64,000 nt of DNA, taken from assembly GCA_963702205.1 (NCBI GenBank), contig OY969724.1, positions 2,528,001 through 2,592,000 on the forward strand, read 5' to 3'. Below are positions 39,636 through 49,766 of the stretch, piece by piece. The DNA comes from an uncultured candidate division Zixibacteria bacterium. Lineage in GTDB: Bacteria; Zixibacteria; MSB-5A5; GN15; PGXB01. Positions within the stretch are counted from its first letter, which is position 1. Each line of letters begins with the position of its first letter. Made by a program: the position numbers and the translations under genes. The notes beneath the pieces were generated by a model. The model saw only the letters and a list, made by a program, of their open reading frames with translations, had not been told where the DNA came from and ran no database searches.

Positions 39636-42600
39636 TTACGGGCAGATGAATTCACCCGTATCGTTATATATCACTCCGATTATGGTCAAAATATCAACCA
39701 GGTCAACGTGGCCTGAGGCATCGACGTCAGCGGCATCCATGACCGGCGGGGCATCTCCCGGAGGATCGCCGTACAGAAAGTCGATCAGGTACAGGATATC
39801 AATCAGATTGATTTCCGGCGTACCGCTGCCGTCCACGTCACCACAAATCCAGGAGTCGCCGATGGTCATCGTGACCGGAATGGCATGCATCGGATTGGCG
39901 GGATCGTTCGACGAGATTTCGATCTGGCCGGTAAACGTACCATAATCGAGCTCCGCCGCGTCAAGCGTGATTTCGAGCGAAGTGTTCGAATACGGAGCGA
40001 TGGAACCTCCGCGAGGCTGAACGTCGAGCCAACCACCGGCCGTGATATGTACAGCCAAGTCGTTATGCATGTATGCGGCATTCTTAACGATAACCAGATG
40101 ATCGGTTCCATCAAAATTCTTGAGACCGACCGAGGCTCCTTCGAGATTGTCGACGCCGGGATCCATCGCGGCATACTGCATCGTGATCTTGCCGCTGGGA
40201 TAGAGTATGGCCTGGCAGTTAAGACTGCCGGTGCCGTCCGGGAAGGCATAGTTTCTGATATCGGAATAGGTAACCACGAAATATCCGTTGGCGGCGTCAT
40301 AATAGTAAAATATGTTGCCTCCTTTGCGCGGATCGAGGTCATCCCACCACAGGGCGAGAATATCGTTGGGAGCGTTCAGAGAGTCGATATTATCATTGCT
40401 TCTCGAAGTCGTTCCGGCTCCGAACGAAATGACGCCGTTCGAGGACACGTACAACTGAGTGTAAACGTTATCATAGAACGGGAAAGCGAAGCCGATATCT
40501 ATCGGTCCCGCAAAACCATCGTCACCGAGGGCATCAGGACCGGCCTGAATATCAGTGCCTGAAGCGGATATATCCACCCACGAATAAGGCGTAGCCTGCG
40601 GATCGTCGGAGTCGACCCAGTTGTGACCGAACGCGTCGGGTCCGCCGTTCGATTTATCCTGCGGCGCATAAATGGGCTCCATGGTGCCGCCGTCTTTATC
40701 GGCGTCCATGAGTTTAAATCCGATCGGCTGGCGCTCGGTCTCGGTTGCCACCGTAACCGGAACGGTCCGTCCATTTTTGCTATACATGACGCATCCGACC
40801 GTATAAACCAGCGCACCGGGACCGCTGTTGTCGATACCGATGGGGAAGGTTCCCGATTCACCGATGGCAATCGTCTCGTCCAGAGTCAGCATGTCAACCG
40901 TCATGGTTGGAGCATATATGTTCAGTGTGACGGGAATATTGCCTTCGAGATCGTCGGGGTCGTTGGACGTATACGAAAGATTGCCGCTATATACGCCCGG
41001 AGCCAAACCGGCCGAATTGAAGGTCAGATCAAAATCAAGATTGCCTGACGGGGCGATCACATTTTGATCGGCATTGAATTCCAGCCAATCCACGTCGGAG
41101 CTGAACTGGATTTTTAGAGTTCCCTGGCCGCCGTTGTCGATGGCCAGAGCGGCCGCCGAAGTCTGATCGGGATCGAGGCTGTCGGCGATCGGTTCGTGGC
41201 TGAAGGCACTCTGCGGCGGGAAAACGTGCAGGCTGACCGGAACCGACCCGGACAAATGAGCCGGATCGTTGGTTTCATAATTCAGGGCACCGTTATAGTC
41301 ACCCGTGCACATGGTATTCGTGTTTATCGTGAACGCAAAGTCTGCCGAACCACCGGGTTGAATGTAATTGAACCCGGTATAGTGCTGCAGCCAGGAACAT
41401 TCTTCCGAAAGGAATTTGACTTTGAGACGTCCGTCGCCGCTGTTGTCGATATGGATGGTGTGTTCGACCGAAGCATCAATATCCATGCTCTCTTCAAAGC
41501 TGCTGGTACCCATGGCCATGGCGGGTGTGCCGGTCGCCTGGTTGTAGCCTTTGATGACGATATCGTCGATATTCCATCCGCACAGTTGTACGGAGCCGTC
41601 GGTCGAACCGAGACCGAAACGAATTCTGAAATCGGGATTGTCATCGGCATACTCGGTTAGATCATAGAAGGATTCCAGCCAGTTTTGTTCATCAAGGGTC
41701 GTGGAAGCATTTTCGAACATCGAAACCCAGCTGGTTCCGTCATAAACCTGGAAATAAGCATGGTCGTAAGTTGAACTTTCAATACCCAGCCAGTGCCAGA
41801 ATGTAATTTGAACGCTGGAATAATCGGAACAGTCTATTATCGGCGACGTCACCCATTGGGTGCCGCTGAGACCGCTGCTATAATCGCCGTCACCCGCCGT
41901 CAGATCGTTACCGAGCACCATATTGTCTTCGGTTGCACTGTGATCCGAGGCAGGATCGGGTCCGCCGTTGGAATCGCCGCCGGGGCCGCCATTGGGCACG
42001 CCCCGCGTCCACTCGGCCGAGCCGTTGAATCCCGTCCAGCCCTGATCGGATGAAAAATCATCGGTAAAGAGCGGTTCGCGGTCACCGACTATTATGCTAA
42101 ACTGCGTGACATAAAAGTAGTTACCGGCGCCGGTTATGGTCAGGTCAAACGTCATTTCATAACCCATGGGGCACGTCTGATCAGCCGAGACACTGAACAC
42201 ATCGCCCGCGTTATCGCCGGTGCCGCCGGCCGAATCTATCAAACCGATAAAACCGTAATCATCGGCGATTGTCCCATAGGGATCGGTTTCGGAGAGGCTG
42301 ACGGCAACATCCGAGGCCTGTCCCGAACCGACGTTTTGCATGGTCACGACAAGCTCGCCCGACTCACCGGGATCGAGAATACCGTTACCGTTGCCTCCGA
42401 CGTCGGCCACGTTGACCGATACGAACTGCATGTTCGGGGCGTGGGCCGTCAGATTGAAATTGGTCACCCAGGTCGTATCCCATTTATCCGTTCCGTAGAG
42501 TTCGAGCGAGAAAGTCAATTTGTGTTTATCGGGAACGGACGAGGCGACTTTGAAACTGAATGCGTCGGCGATATACTTCGTGCCGAAGTTACCTTCGATC

Positions 42601-44894
42601 GATTCATAAAGCTCATTGTTGTCATATATGGTCACGTATTCATCGGTCGACGTCAGCGTCGCCGTGATGTTATTACAAACATCGGGACCGACGTTTTTAA
42701 GCGTGACGCCGAGCAGAATCGTTTCGCCATAGTCGATCATACCGTTATTGTTGCCGGTACCATCGTTGACGACGCTGCCGTCATAAACCAGAAACGGTCC
42801 GTTGGGAGCAATCACCGTAACGGTCGAAATATAGGGCTGACGGTTCTGCGCCGTCACGACGATGTCGGCTTCACCGGGGATACCGAACGGACTCAGAGGA
42901 ACGTCGACCGCGCCGGTTTCATCGATATATGCCGAGCCATACAGGACGCCGCCGCGCGACATGGCTACGAACGATCCGGGATCGGCTTCCACCGTGAACG
43001 AAGTTGCCGAAAGAAGGACGGTCGAAGAATGGCTTACGTTATTCACGGTCGGAACACCCAGATAGGTCATGACCGAGGGGTCGCCCATGAGGGTGTAAAT
43101 TTCCCAGTAATAAGTGACGCGGGAGCCGCCTTCGGTAACGGCCAGATCGCCCGCGAAAATTATGGCGTCATTGGTGACGAATTGCTTCGTAACCGGTTCG
43201 CCGTGTTCGTGGAAAATGCCATCGTAGGCGCCTTGAGTGGTTTCTTCATAAGTGGGGCCTGCGCCGACAACCGGGCCGTAGCCAACGCCCCAATAATAGT
43301 CTTCATCCCAATAGGTGGAGTTGGTACCGCCGATATATCCGATACCGCCTTTGTCGACGACGCGCAGGAAGGCTTCGCCGAAGCAGGGGGTGCCTTCATC
43401 GAAGGTATTCGAAAGACAGCAGTTACCGATACCGAGAAGGTATTTATGATAGTTGGTCAGGCCGGGAATGTCGCTGGTCGTGAACGACGGGTCGGCATGA
43501 CCTTCGTGGCTGCAGTGAGCGGTATAATTGTAAAGACCGACACCGTCGCTGACGGTTTGAATGATGGCAGCGGCGGCACCGCTCTGATCGGAAGCCGGAT
43601 ACAGCCAGACGTTGGGCGTGATACCGTGGGCGGCATTGAAATAATAATCCGTGCCGTAGTTGATCTGTCCGTTTCCGTGCGTGATAGCATAAGTTCCGTC
43701 CACACCCGAAACAAGTGTAACGTTCTCAAGATAGCTCGGGTCGGGCATCAGGTATTGTTCATATTCGAGAGTTTTATCTATCTGCGGCTGCAATTCAGAA
43801 GGCTGTGACGCCGAAAAGCGGCCGTAATAAATTTCAGGAAGATTATCGCCGGTAAATTCGCAATAGTACAGATCGCTGACATGACTGCCGGCCGTGCCGG
43901 GCCACGGATCAATCTGCTCGGCGTCGCCGACGAACAAAACGAACGAAGGTGAGGGGTCTTCAGGAGTACCGGCGTTATAACAACTGTCGATATAATCTTT
44001 GATGTCGGCGCGGGCCGTTCCGATCTCATCGGTATAGGCCGTAACGACATGAAAGCCCTTCTTGGTTTTCCATTCGATAAAGGGCTGAAGCTGAGCTTCG
44101 AACATGCGGTCGGAAATTATCAAATACTTGACCGGGTACTTTACCAGATTGTTGGAATCGCTGACTTTGCTGTAATCTGACAGACCATCAAAGTTGCAGA
44201 TTGTCTGGTAGATCGGTTCAAAGTATGGCGAATAATGATCGTAATACAGGTCTTCGGTAGCCTGTTCGTCACCGCCGACGAAATCGATCTGCAACGTGAT
44301 CTCACGAGTCACCTGCAATGTGTTTTCGACGGGATCATAGGCAAAGGGAGCGACCGATACCATGCCGAGGTGCAATCCCCGGAGAGTTCCGATAACCCTG
44401 GTTTGAGTTTCATCAAGGCTATATAATCCGGGCTGGTCGTAGGCCGCCGTATTATAGTGGAATTCAACGTCCTCGGGACGTTCCGATTTGGACAATGACG
44501 GCTGAGCCGGCATTACTTTTTCGGTGATTCCAAGGTCTTGCAGCCGGATCTCTTCGGTCTGGCGGTCGATAACGGTGGCCACCACTTCGCTGTTCAAAGG
44601 AATGGCCAGCAATTTGTTCAGGACGGGCAAATCGGGATTTCCGAAATCCTGAGACCTGACGAAGCGATCAACCCGGGGAAGGACGAATTTGCCTTCGCGG
44701 GTCATAACGGGAACGAATTCAACACTGCCCACGTTAACCTTGACGGTTACGGAAGTGGGGCTTTGATCCAGGATCGTCAGTCCCGATGGTTCATTATTCA
44801 GAACCACCGTTTCGCCGGCCATGGCGGGCAGGGCCAGACCGGCCGCCAGGATTACCAGCAATCCCAGCAGCAGCATACCTCTTGTAGATTTCAA
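39636..44894 (-). CDS. C25 cysteine peptidase (Lys-gingipain-like) with propeptide, Ig-like, jelly-roll and dockerin-type domains
   Basis: PAQPSLSKS propeptide; F.EWKTKKG; SDLYY; PEIYYGRFSA; KTLEYE; catalytic YTAH and GNCC; YWDEDYYW; LMGDPS; TTG start after AGGAGG. Confidence 0.93.
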   Translation of the reverse strand: MKSTRGMLLLGLLVILAAGLALPAMAGETVVLNNEPSGLTILDQSPTSVTVKVNVGSVEFVPVMTREGKFVLPRVDRFVRSQDFGNPDLPVLNKLLAIPLNSEVVATVIDRQTEEIRLQDLGITEKVMPAQPSLSKSERPEDVEFHYNTAAYDQPGLYSLDETQTRVIGTLRGLHLGMVSVAPFAYDPVENTLQVTREITLQIDFVGGDEQATEDLYYDHYSPYFEPIYQTICNFDGLSDYSKVSDSNNLVKYPVKYLIISDRMFEAQLQPFIEWKTKKGFHVVTAYTDEIGTARADIKDYIDSCYNAGTPEDPSPSFVLFVGDAEQIDPWPGTAGSHVSDLYYCEFTGDNLPEIYYGRFSASQPSELQPQIDKTLEYEQYLMPDPSYLENVTLVSGVDGTYAITHGNGQINYGTDYYFNAAHGITPNVWLYPASDQSGAAAAIIQTVSDGVGLYNYTAHCSHEGHADPSFTTSDIPGLTNYHKYLLGIGNCCLSNTFDEGTPCFGEAFLRVVDKGGIGYIGGTNSTYWDEDYYWGVGYGPVVGAGPTYEETTQGAYDGIFHEHGEPVTKQFVTNDAIIFAGDLAVTEGGSRVTYYWEIYTLMGDPSVMTYLGVPTVNNVSHSSTVLLSATSFTVEADPGSFVAMSRGGVLYGSAYIDETGAVDVPLSPFGIPGEADIVVTAQNRQPYISTVTVIAPNGPFLVYDGSVVNDGTGNNNGMIDYGETILLGVTLKNVGPDVCNNITATLTSTDEYVTIYDNNELYESIEGNFGTKYIADAFSFKVASSVPDKHKLTFSLELYGTDKWDTTWVTNFNLTAHAPNMQFVSVNVADVGGNGNGILDPGESGELVVTMQNVGSGQASDVAVSLSETDPYGTIADDYGFIGLIDSAGGTGDNAGDVFSVSADQTCPMGYEMTFDLTITGAGNYFYVTQFSIIVGDREPLFTDDFSSDQGWTGFNGSAEWTRGVPNGGPGGDSNGGPDPASDHSATEDNMVLGNDLTAGDGDYSSGLSGTQWVTSPIIDCSDYSSVQITFWHWLGIESSTYDHAYFQVYDGTSWVSMFENASTTLDEQNWLESFYDLTEYADDNPDFRIRFGLGSTDGSVQLCGWNIDDIVIKGYNQATGTPAMAMGTSSFEESMDIDASVEHTIHIDNSGDGRLKVKFLSEECSWLQHYTGFNYIQPGGSADFAFTINTNTMCTGDYNGALNYETNDPAHLSGSVPVSLHVFPPQSAFSHEPIADSLDPDQTSAAALAIDNGGQGTLKIQFSSDVDWLEFNADQNVIAPSGNLDFDLTFNSAGLAPGVYSGNLSYTSNDPDDLEGNIPVTLNIYAPTMTVDMLTLDETIAIGESGTFPIGIDNSGPGALVYTVGCVMYSKNGRTVPVTVATETERQPIGFKLMDADKDGGTMEPIYAPQDKSNGGPDAFGHNWVDSDDPQATPYSWVDISASGTDIQAGPDALGDDGFAGPIDIGFAFPFYDNVYTQLYVSSNGVISFGAGTTSRSNDNIDSLNAPNDILALWWDDLDPRKGGNIFYYYDAANGYFVVTYSDIRNYAFPDGTGSLNCQAILYPSGKITMQYAAMDPGVDNLEGASVGLKNFDGTDHLVIVKNAAYMHNDLAVHITAGGWLDVQPRGGSIAPYSNTSLEITLDAAELDYGTFTGQIEISSNDPANPMHAIPVTMTIGDSWICGDVDGSGTPEINLIDILYLIDFLYGDPPGDAPPVMDAADVDASGHVDLVDILTIIGVIYNDTGEFICP

Positions 44895-45123
44895 GTCAGC
44901 CTCCTATATAGTTACTCACATAAAATTAATTCCTCAAAGAGTATGTAATTTGGCCAATAGCCTGGCTCAATTTATAGCAAATGCAGTACTATATTAGTCT
45001 GGTTACAGAAAATGATCCGGGTGCCATAACATAAAGGCAGGAAATTAATTAAGGTGCCCGAAAGACACCGTGTCAAAGTCACTTTTTAGCTCTCCAAAAG
45101 CTTGCAAGTATAATTCCTTCATT

Positions 45124-45151
45124 AATATATAATATATACCATGTTTGTCAA
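45124..45151 (-). promoter_or_regulatory. Putative sigma70 promoter of the gingipain gene
   Basis: Minus strand TTGACA-N16-TATATT, the same hexamers and spacing as at 35941. Confidence 0.6.
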
Positions 45152-45189
45152 TATTGAATTACCGGTCAACTAAAAACATTTTTATGGAT

Positions 45190-45222
45190 AAAAAAAGGAC
45201 GGCCGTGAGGGCCGTCCTTTTT
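45190..45222 (-). terminator. Terminator after the GEVED/dockerin gene
   Basis: A7-GGACGGCC-loop-GGCCGTCC-T5. Confidence 0.88.
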
Positions 45223-45244
45223 ATCTAAGTCAACAGACTATCAG

Positions 45245-48200
45245 TTATTGCTGTTGAATCGGCGGAATACAGCTCGGGTTTGCAGCGTCCTGATAGATTG
45301 CGGAAATCAGAACGAGAACGTCGAGCAGGTTCATGTCGCCGCTGCAGTCGGTATCACCGGTGGCAATACCCGCAATAGGGGGCTCACCGCCGTTGTAGAT
45401 GTGACCCAACAGCAACAGAATATCCAGCAGGTTGAGGGCCTGGTCGCCGTTCACATCACCGAGAGTATGACCGACAAAGGTCAGTTCTCCGGTCATTTCG
45501 AACGACGAGGCGTCAGTGTATTGTCCGCTGAACGTATAATTCTGAGTCGAGGTGTTATACAGAATACCATAGGAAGCCACAAATGCATTGAGGCTTACGG
45601 TAACGTGCATAACTTCACCCGAAAAGTTGGGATAACTCGGCAGGAATTCCACGCCCATCGGGGCACAACTGGCGTTGACCATCATCGAGCTTTCATCCAT
45701 CTCGTGCATGTCATGGGTCGGATCTGCATTCTGGCCAATATAAAGATGGGCAACAGGTGCATCCGGATTCGGAGCCGCGTAGGCCATCATGGCGAACAGC
45801 GGATCCGGACTGACATCGGTGGTCAGAGGCTCGAAAGCTTCGGCCACGGTAAGCGTATAGTCTTCGACTTCACCGTAAGTGGTGCTGCCGCACGGACCGG
45901 GGAAACTCGAGTAATTGATACGAACTCTCATCATACAATCACCGGGAGTCTCATCGGAAGGAACGGCCACCGTACCGGAGTACGGGCCAATGCTTGGATT
46001 TACATCCATGGCAACCAATTCGGATGCGTCAAAGACCAAATCGCGGTTCCAGTCAACCCAAACGGCACAATAGTCGGAACTGTAACCATTACCGTTGCCA
46101 ACCGAGATAGCATAGCTTTCACCAGGCGTCACTTCGGTGGACATATCGGTATAGTCGCCGTATCCGGTGCATGCCGTGGCATTGTCGATACTACCAATAG
46201 TGACCTGCGAGATATACTCATCGCAGCCACCGCTGGCGGCACAAGCAACAGCCTGGGTCGGCGTGCAGTCGACTGTAAAGTAGTACTCGACACCCGGGCA
46301 CGGATAGTTGGAACCCGATGCCAGGAGAGCCAGGACAATGTAATCACCGGGACCAAGGGTCACGCTGAAGCTGAATTCTTCGCATTCATCGGCGGAATAA
46401 TAATCGCCCAGATAACCGGTCGTATTATCGCAGCCGCCGACACCCGGAACAGTCTGCTCGGCAAAGCCGCAGAGCCAGGTGCCTTCACCCTGACCGGAAA
46501 TGGTCACTTCTGACCATTCGTCGAGGTGGAGGGTAAACCAGTCAGTGTCACGATAAGCGCTGCCCGCATAAGTATAATTATTCAGGTTGCCGCAAATCGT
46601 TTCACCGCAGGAAACCGTCTGGAATATCGCCGGGTCGCCGTTACAACCGCCGTTGGTCGTGTCTTCACCATCATCGGGAATACAGTCTTCACCTTCCGGC
46701 GTGTTCGGAGTCGGGCAGGTAATCTGGCACGGTCCCGCGGCCGGTGCGATGGTGAGAGTGAATTCACCGATACAATCCGGTGTAGGATAGGTGTCGATCA
46801 TCAGGTAACAGATACCTGCAGGAAGCGAAACGCCTTCGAGGACCTTATCGGCCGAGGAGCCGGTGATATAGGCGATACAGGTCGTACCATCATCGGGGCA
46901 GGTCGTGAAGACCGCTACACCGGTCCAGGTGGAGTCAGATGTCAAGGAAATATCGACATCCATCGCACCGTCAACGTCGAGGGCATAAATAATGTCTTCG
47001 CCGCCGTCGTACGAACCCAGACAGGTCGCGTCATAATTATTACCGCGATCGCAGGTGTAGTTGGTATTCACAAAGCTGTTATTTTCCGGTCCGCCGGTCA
47101 TATCATCGGGGAGCTTAACCACGTAAGGATCATCGCAGTTGTCACCGGGGCTGGCCAGAACGCAAGGATTATCCGTGCAGTTCTTTGTTCCATCCCAGTT
47201 CCCACCGAGGGCGGCACAGTCGAAATATGACATGTCGCCGCATTCTGAGCCTGCGGGATAGCCATAGCAGCAACGACCGTCGGGAGCAGCAACGGCTTCG
47301 ATAGTCAGGTCAAAGTCCGGAATACAATAATACGGGCTCGGCCAAATATCGACAACCATGTAGTATGTTCCTGCAAATACGTTGATTGGCCCCGACGAGT
47401 AAGCCGTGGTGCCGCTACTTCTCATGTAGAAAACGCAGGCACCGCTGCCCCCTCCACTCGGAGGACAATCTTCACGCATTTCCAGATAAGTCCAGGAAAC
47501 ACCCTTGGGATCAAAGGTGAAATTGAGGGTCATGTCTTCGGTAAAGGTCACCTGATAAACCATGTCCTCATCACCGCCATAATACTGGCCATAACACATA
47601 TCGGCAGCGGGATAGTTATTACCACGGCCGCATGTATACTGGTTGTAATTAGTGTACGGAAGGTCGGCGGATCCAAGCGTCAAGACGTAAGGATCTTCGC
47701 AGTTATCACCGGGCGTGACGGGAACGCAGGTAAAGGTTGCGCAATCCTGACCGCCGTGATAAATGCCGGTGCCACCGTACATTGCCAAACATGTGGCTTC
47801 ATCGGGCGTATTATTGCAATCGCCGGTAGCGGGATCGCAGCAGGCGCCGCCCGTGACGACGTCGATAACCAATTCGGTATTACCGACATTGGTGCTGTAA
47901 CCACCGACTTCGACCAGATAATCCTGACCGCCGACAACCGAGACACCCTCAATTAGAGAGCGTGTCGTCTTGCCGGGACAGCCATCATCGTCAGAGTCAA
48001 TTAAAGTCGGAAGCGGGGAGCACGAATAGCCGTCGTATACAGCCAGCTTGGTGTCGAAATCGGAACCGCACAGGCTGAAATTGGCAACACCGGTTACACT
48101 CGGGGTGTAAACGTACCAGATGTTCTGGCCCGCATATCCGGCTTCATCGGTTCCCGCCATCGACGTGTTGGCCGTGAAGGTTCCTTCACCGATATATTCG

Positions 48201-49766
48201 GGGTTGGAACAAAGATCGTTATCGGGAGGAATGATTTCTTCGGCATTGATTGTGAAATGGAAGTCCATCGGAGCCGGCAAATCGCTTTCGTCGGTCATGG
48301 CCACCAGATAATAGAGGGTGGTCGGACCGGTCATGCCGTCCCAGTTGATGGAAGGCGTGGTATAACCGTCGCCGCAATCACTGAACGCACCCGAAGTATA
48401 CAGGGTATAGTCATCGCACGTGCAGGAATTGTGAACGACGGCGCCGATGGAATAAATTTCGGTCGGCGTATTGCAAAAATCAATATTCAGATTGAAAGTG
48501 CCATACGGGACGTCGAATTTATACCAGACACCATTCCAGTTCGGATTACCAAGTGCGTCCTGAAAGACATCGGGGCAATCGTTGGTAGCGTCGATGGTCG
48601 TGCCGTCGACGGTGATCGGGAAGGATCCGGTCACGTCGATAGCGTCGGCACATTCATCGTTATCCGGAGCGGTCGAAATAGGGCAAGCATCGGCGCAGGT
48701 AAGACCTTCCGACCAGGAAATCATGTCGGGACGGGCCGAGCATTCAAATTCGTATTCTTCCGCGCAGGAAGGAGTGAAGGGGTCGCCAAAACAGCAACGA
48801 CCCGGATTCGGTATCGGGCAAGGGTCGGTCGGTACAGGACAGACCTGGGGCGAACGAAATAAAATCTGACAGAGCCTGACAGTCCGCCGGAAGCATGTCA
48901 GCGCAACTCGGGGCAGTCGGGTCGCCATAACAACAACGGCCGGGAAGGACCGTTTCGTCATAAACGACGACGTTGTCGATACCACCGAGATCGGTGTCTT
49001 CGCCGGTATAGCGCCAAGCCAAGTAAATAGTTTCGCCGGCATAAGCGCTTAAGTCAACCGTGGCGTTAGTCCACTCCATATTGGTATGAGTCTGATCCAT
49101 GGCTTTCCACAGCAGGGTGAAATCGCCGGTGGACATACCGGTAGTGGACACGTAAAGATCAAGGTCGAATGGATAGGTGTCATTGTTCTGGAGATAAATA
49201 AAATCCACAAACAAGCCGCCTGCAACCGATGAAGCATCAATCTGAGGCGTTACCAGCCATTCGTCCTGAATATCTCCTGCATATCCGTAGGGAACCAAGG
49301 CACTCTGGGTGCCACCCGCTGACGGCGTTCCTATGAACCAAGTTAAGAAATCGACATTGGAGACGATTCTGGTCCAGGGAGCCGGAAACGGATCTTCCGG
49401 ATTAGTGGGAGCGTAAGATGAAAAATCATCTTCAAAAAGTGTCGTTTTGGAAGCCGAAGGCTTGTTCGAGGTCAACCTGGTACCCAAAACGGACATACCC
49501 TCGCGGGTCATAAACGGCGCATGGACCTTGTCAACGACATTATTGAGCTTATCCTGCTCAGCCTGAAGCAATGCGGGGTCATCAGTGTTGCTTTCGCCGC
49601 TTTGAACCAACGGCACTTCACCTTCGACGTGAGTAGGCACCACTTCGGCTTTAGAAGTTGTAGGATTCAGGAGCAGAGGCTTTTCCCCGGCTGAAGCCAG
49701 AAGGAAAGATCCCATGACGACGCAAATCGCGAGGATTATCATTAAAGAAACTTTGCTTTTAACCAT
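45245..49766 (-). pseudogene. Single ~1500-aa secreted Cys-rich adhesin-like gene (cleaved-adhesin-like domain, G.CC repeats, PPC-like domains, GEVED, dockerin) split by one frameshift at ~48823-48833
   Basis: ORF 48744..49772 gives the signal peptide and DEWLVTPQID..TIYLAWRY..IDNV up to GLSCTD. ORF 45245..49042 becomes meaningful only from TDPCPIPNPGRCC and contains YGEVEDYT and the GDVNGD..NLLDI tail. Likely start is ATG 49766 after GAGG. Confidence 0.8.

Noticed and set aside
42336..43808. 490-aa plus-strand ORF
   Set aside because: Antisense shadow of the gingipain gene; no motifs; expected from codon bias.
45248..47230. 421-aa and 234-aa plus-strand ORFs
   Set aside because: Antisense shadows of the GEVED/dockerin gene.
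48834..49042. N-terminal ~70 aa of the 1265-aa ORF treated as a separate gene start
   Set aside because: Out-of-frame read of the upstream coding sequence; no signal peptide or RBS; explained by the frameshift.
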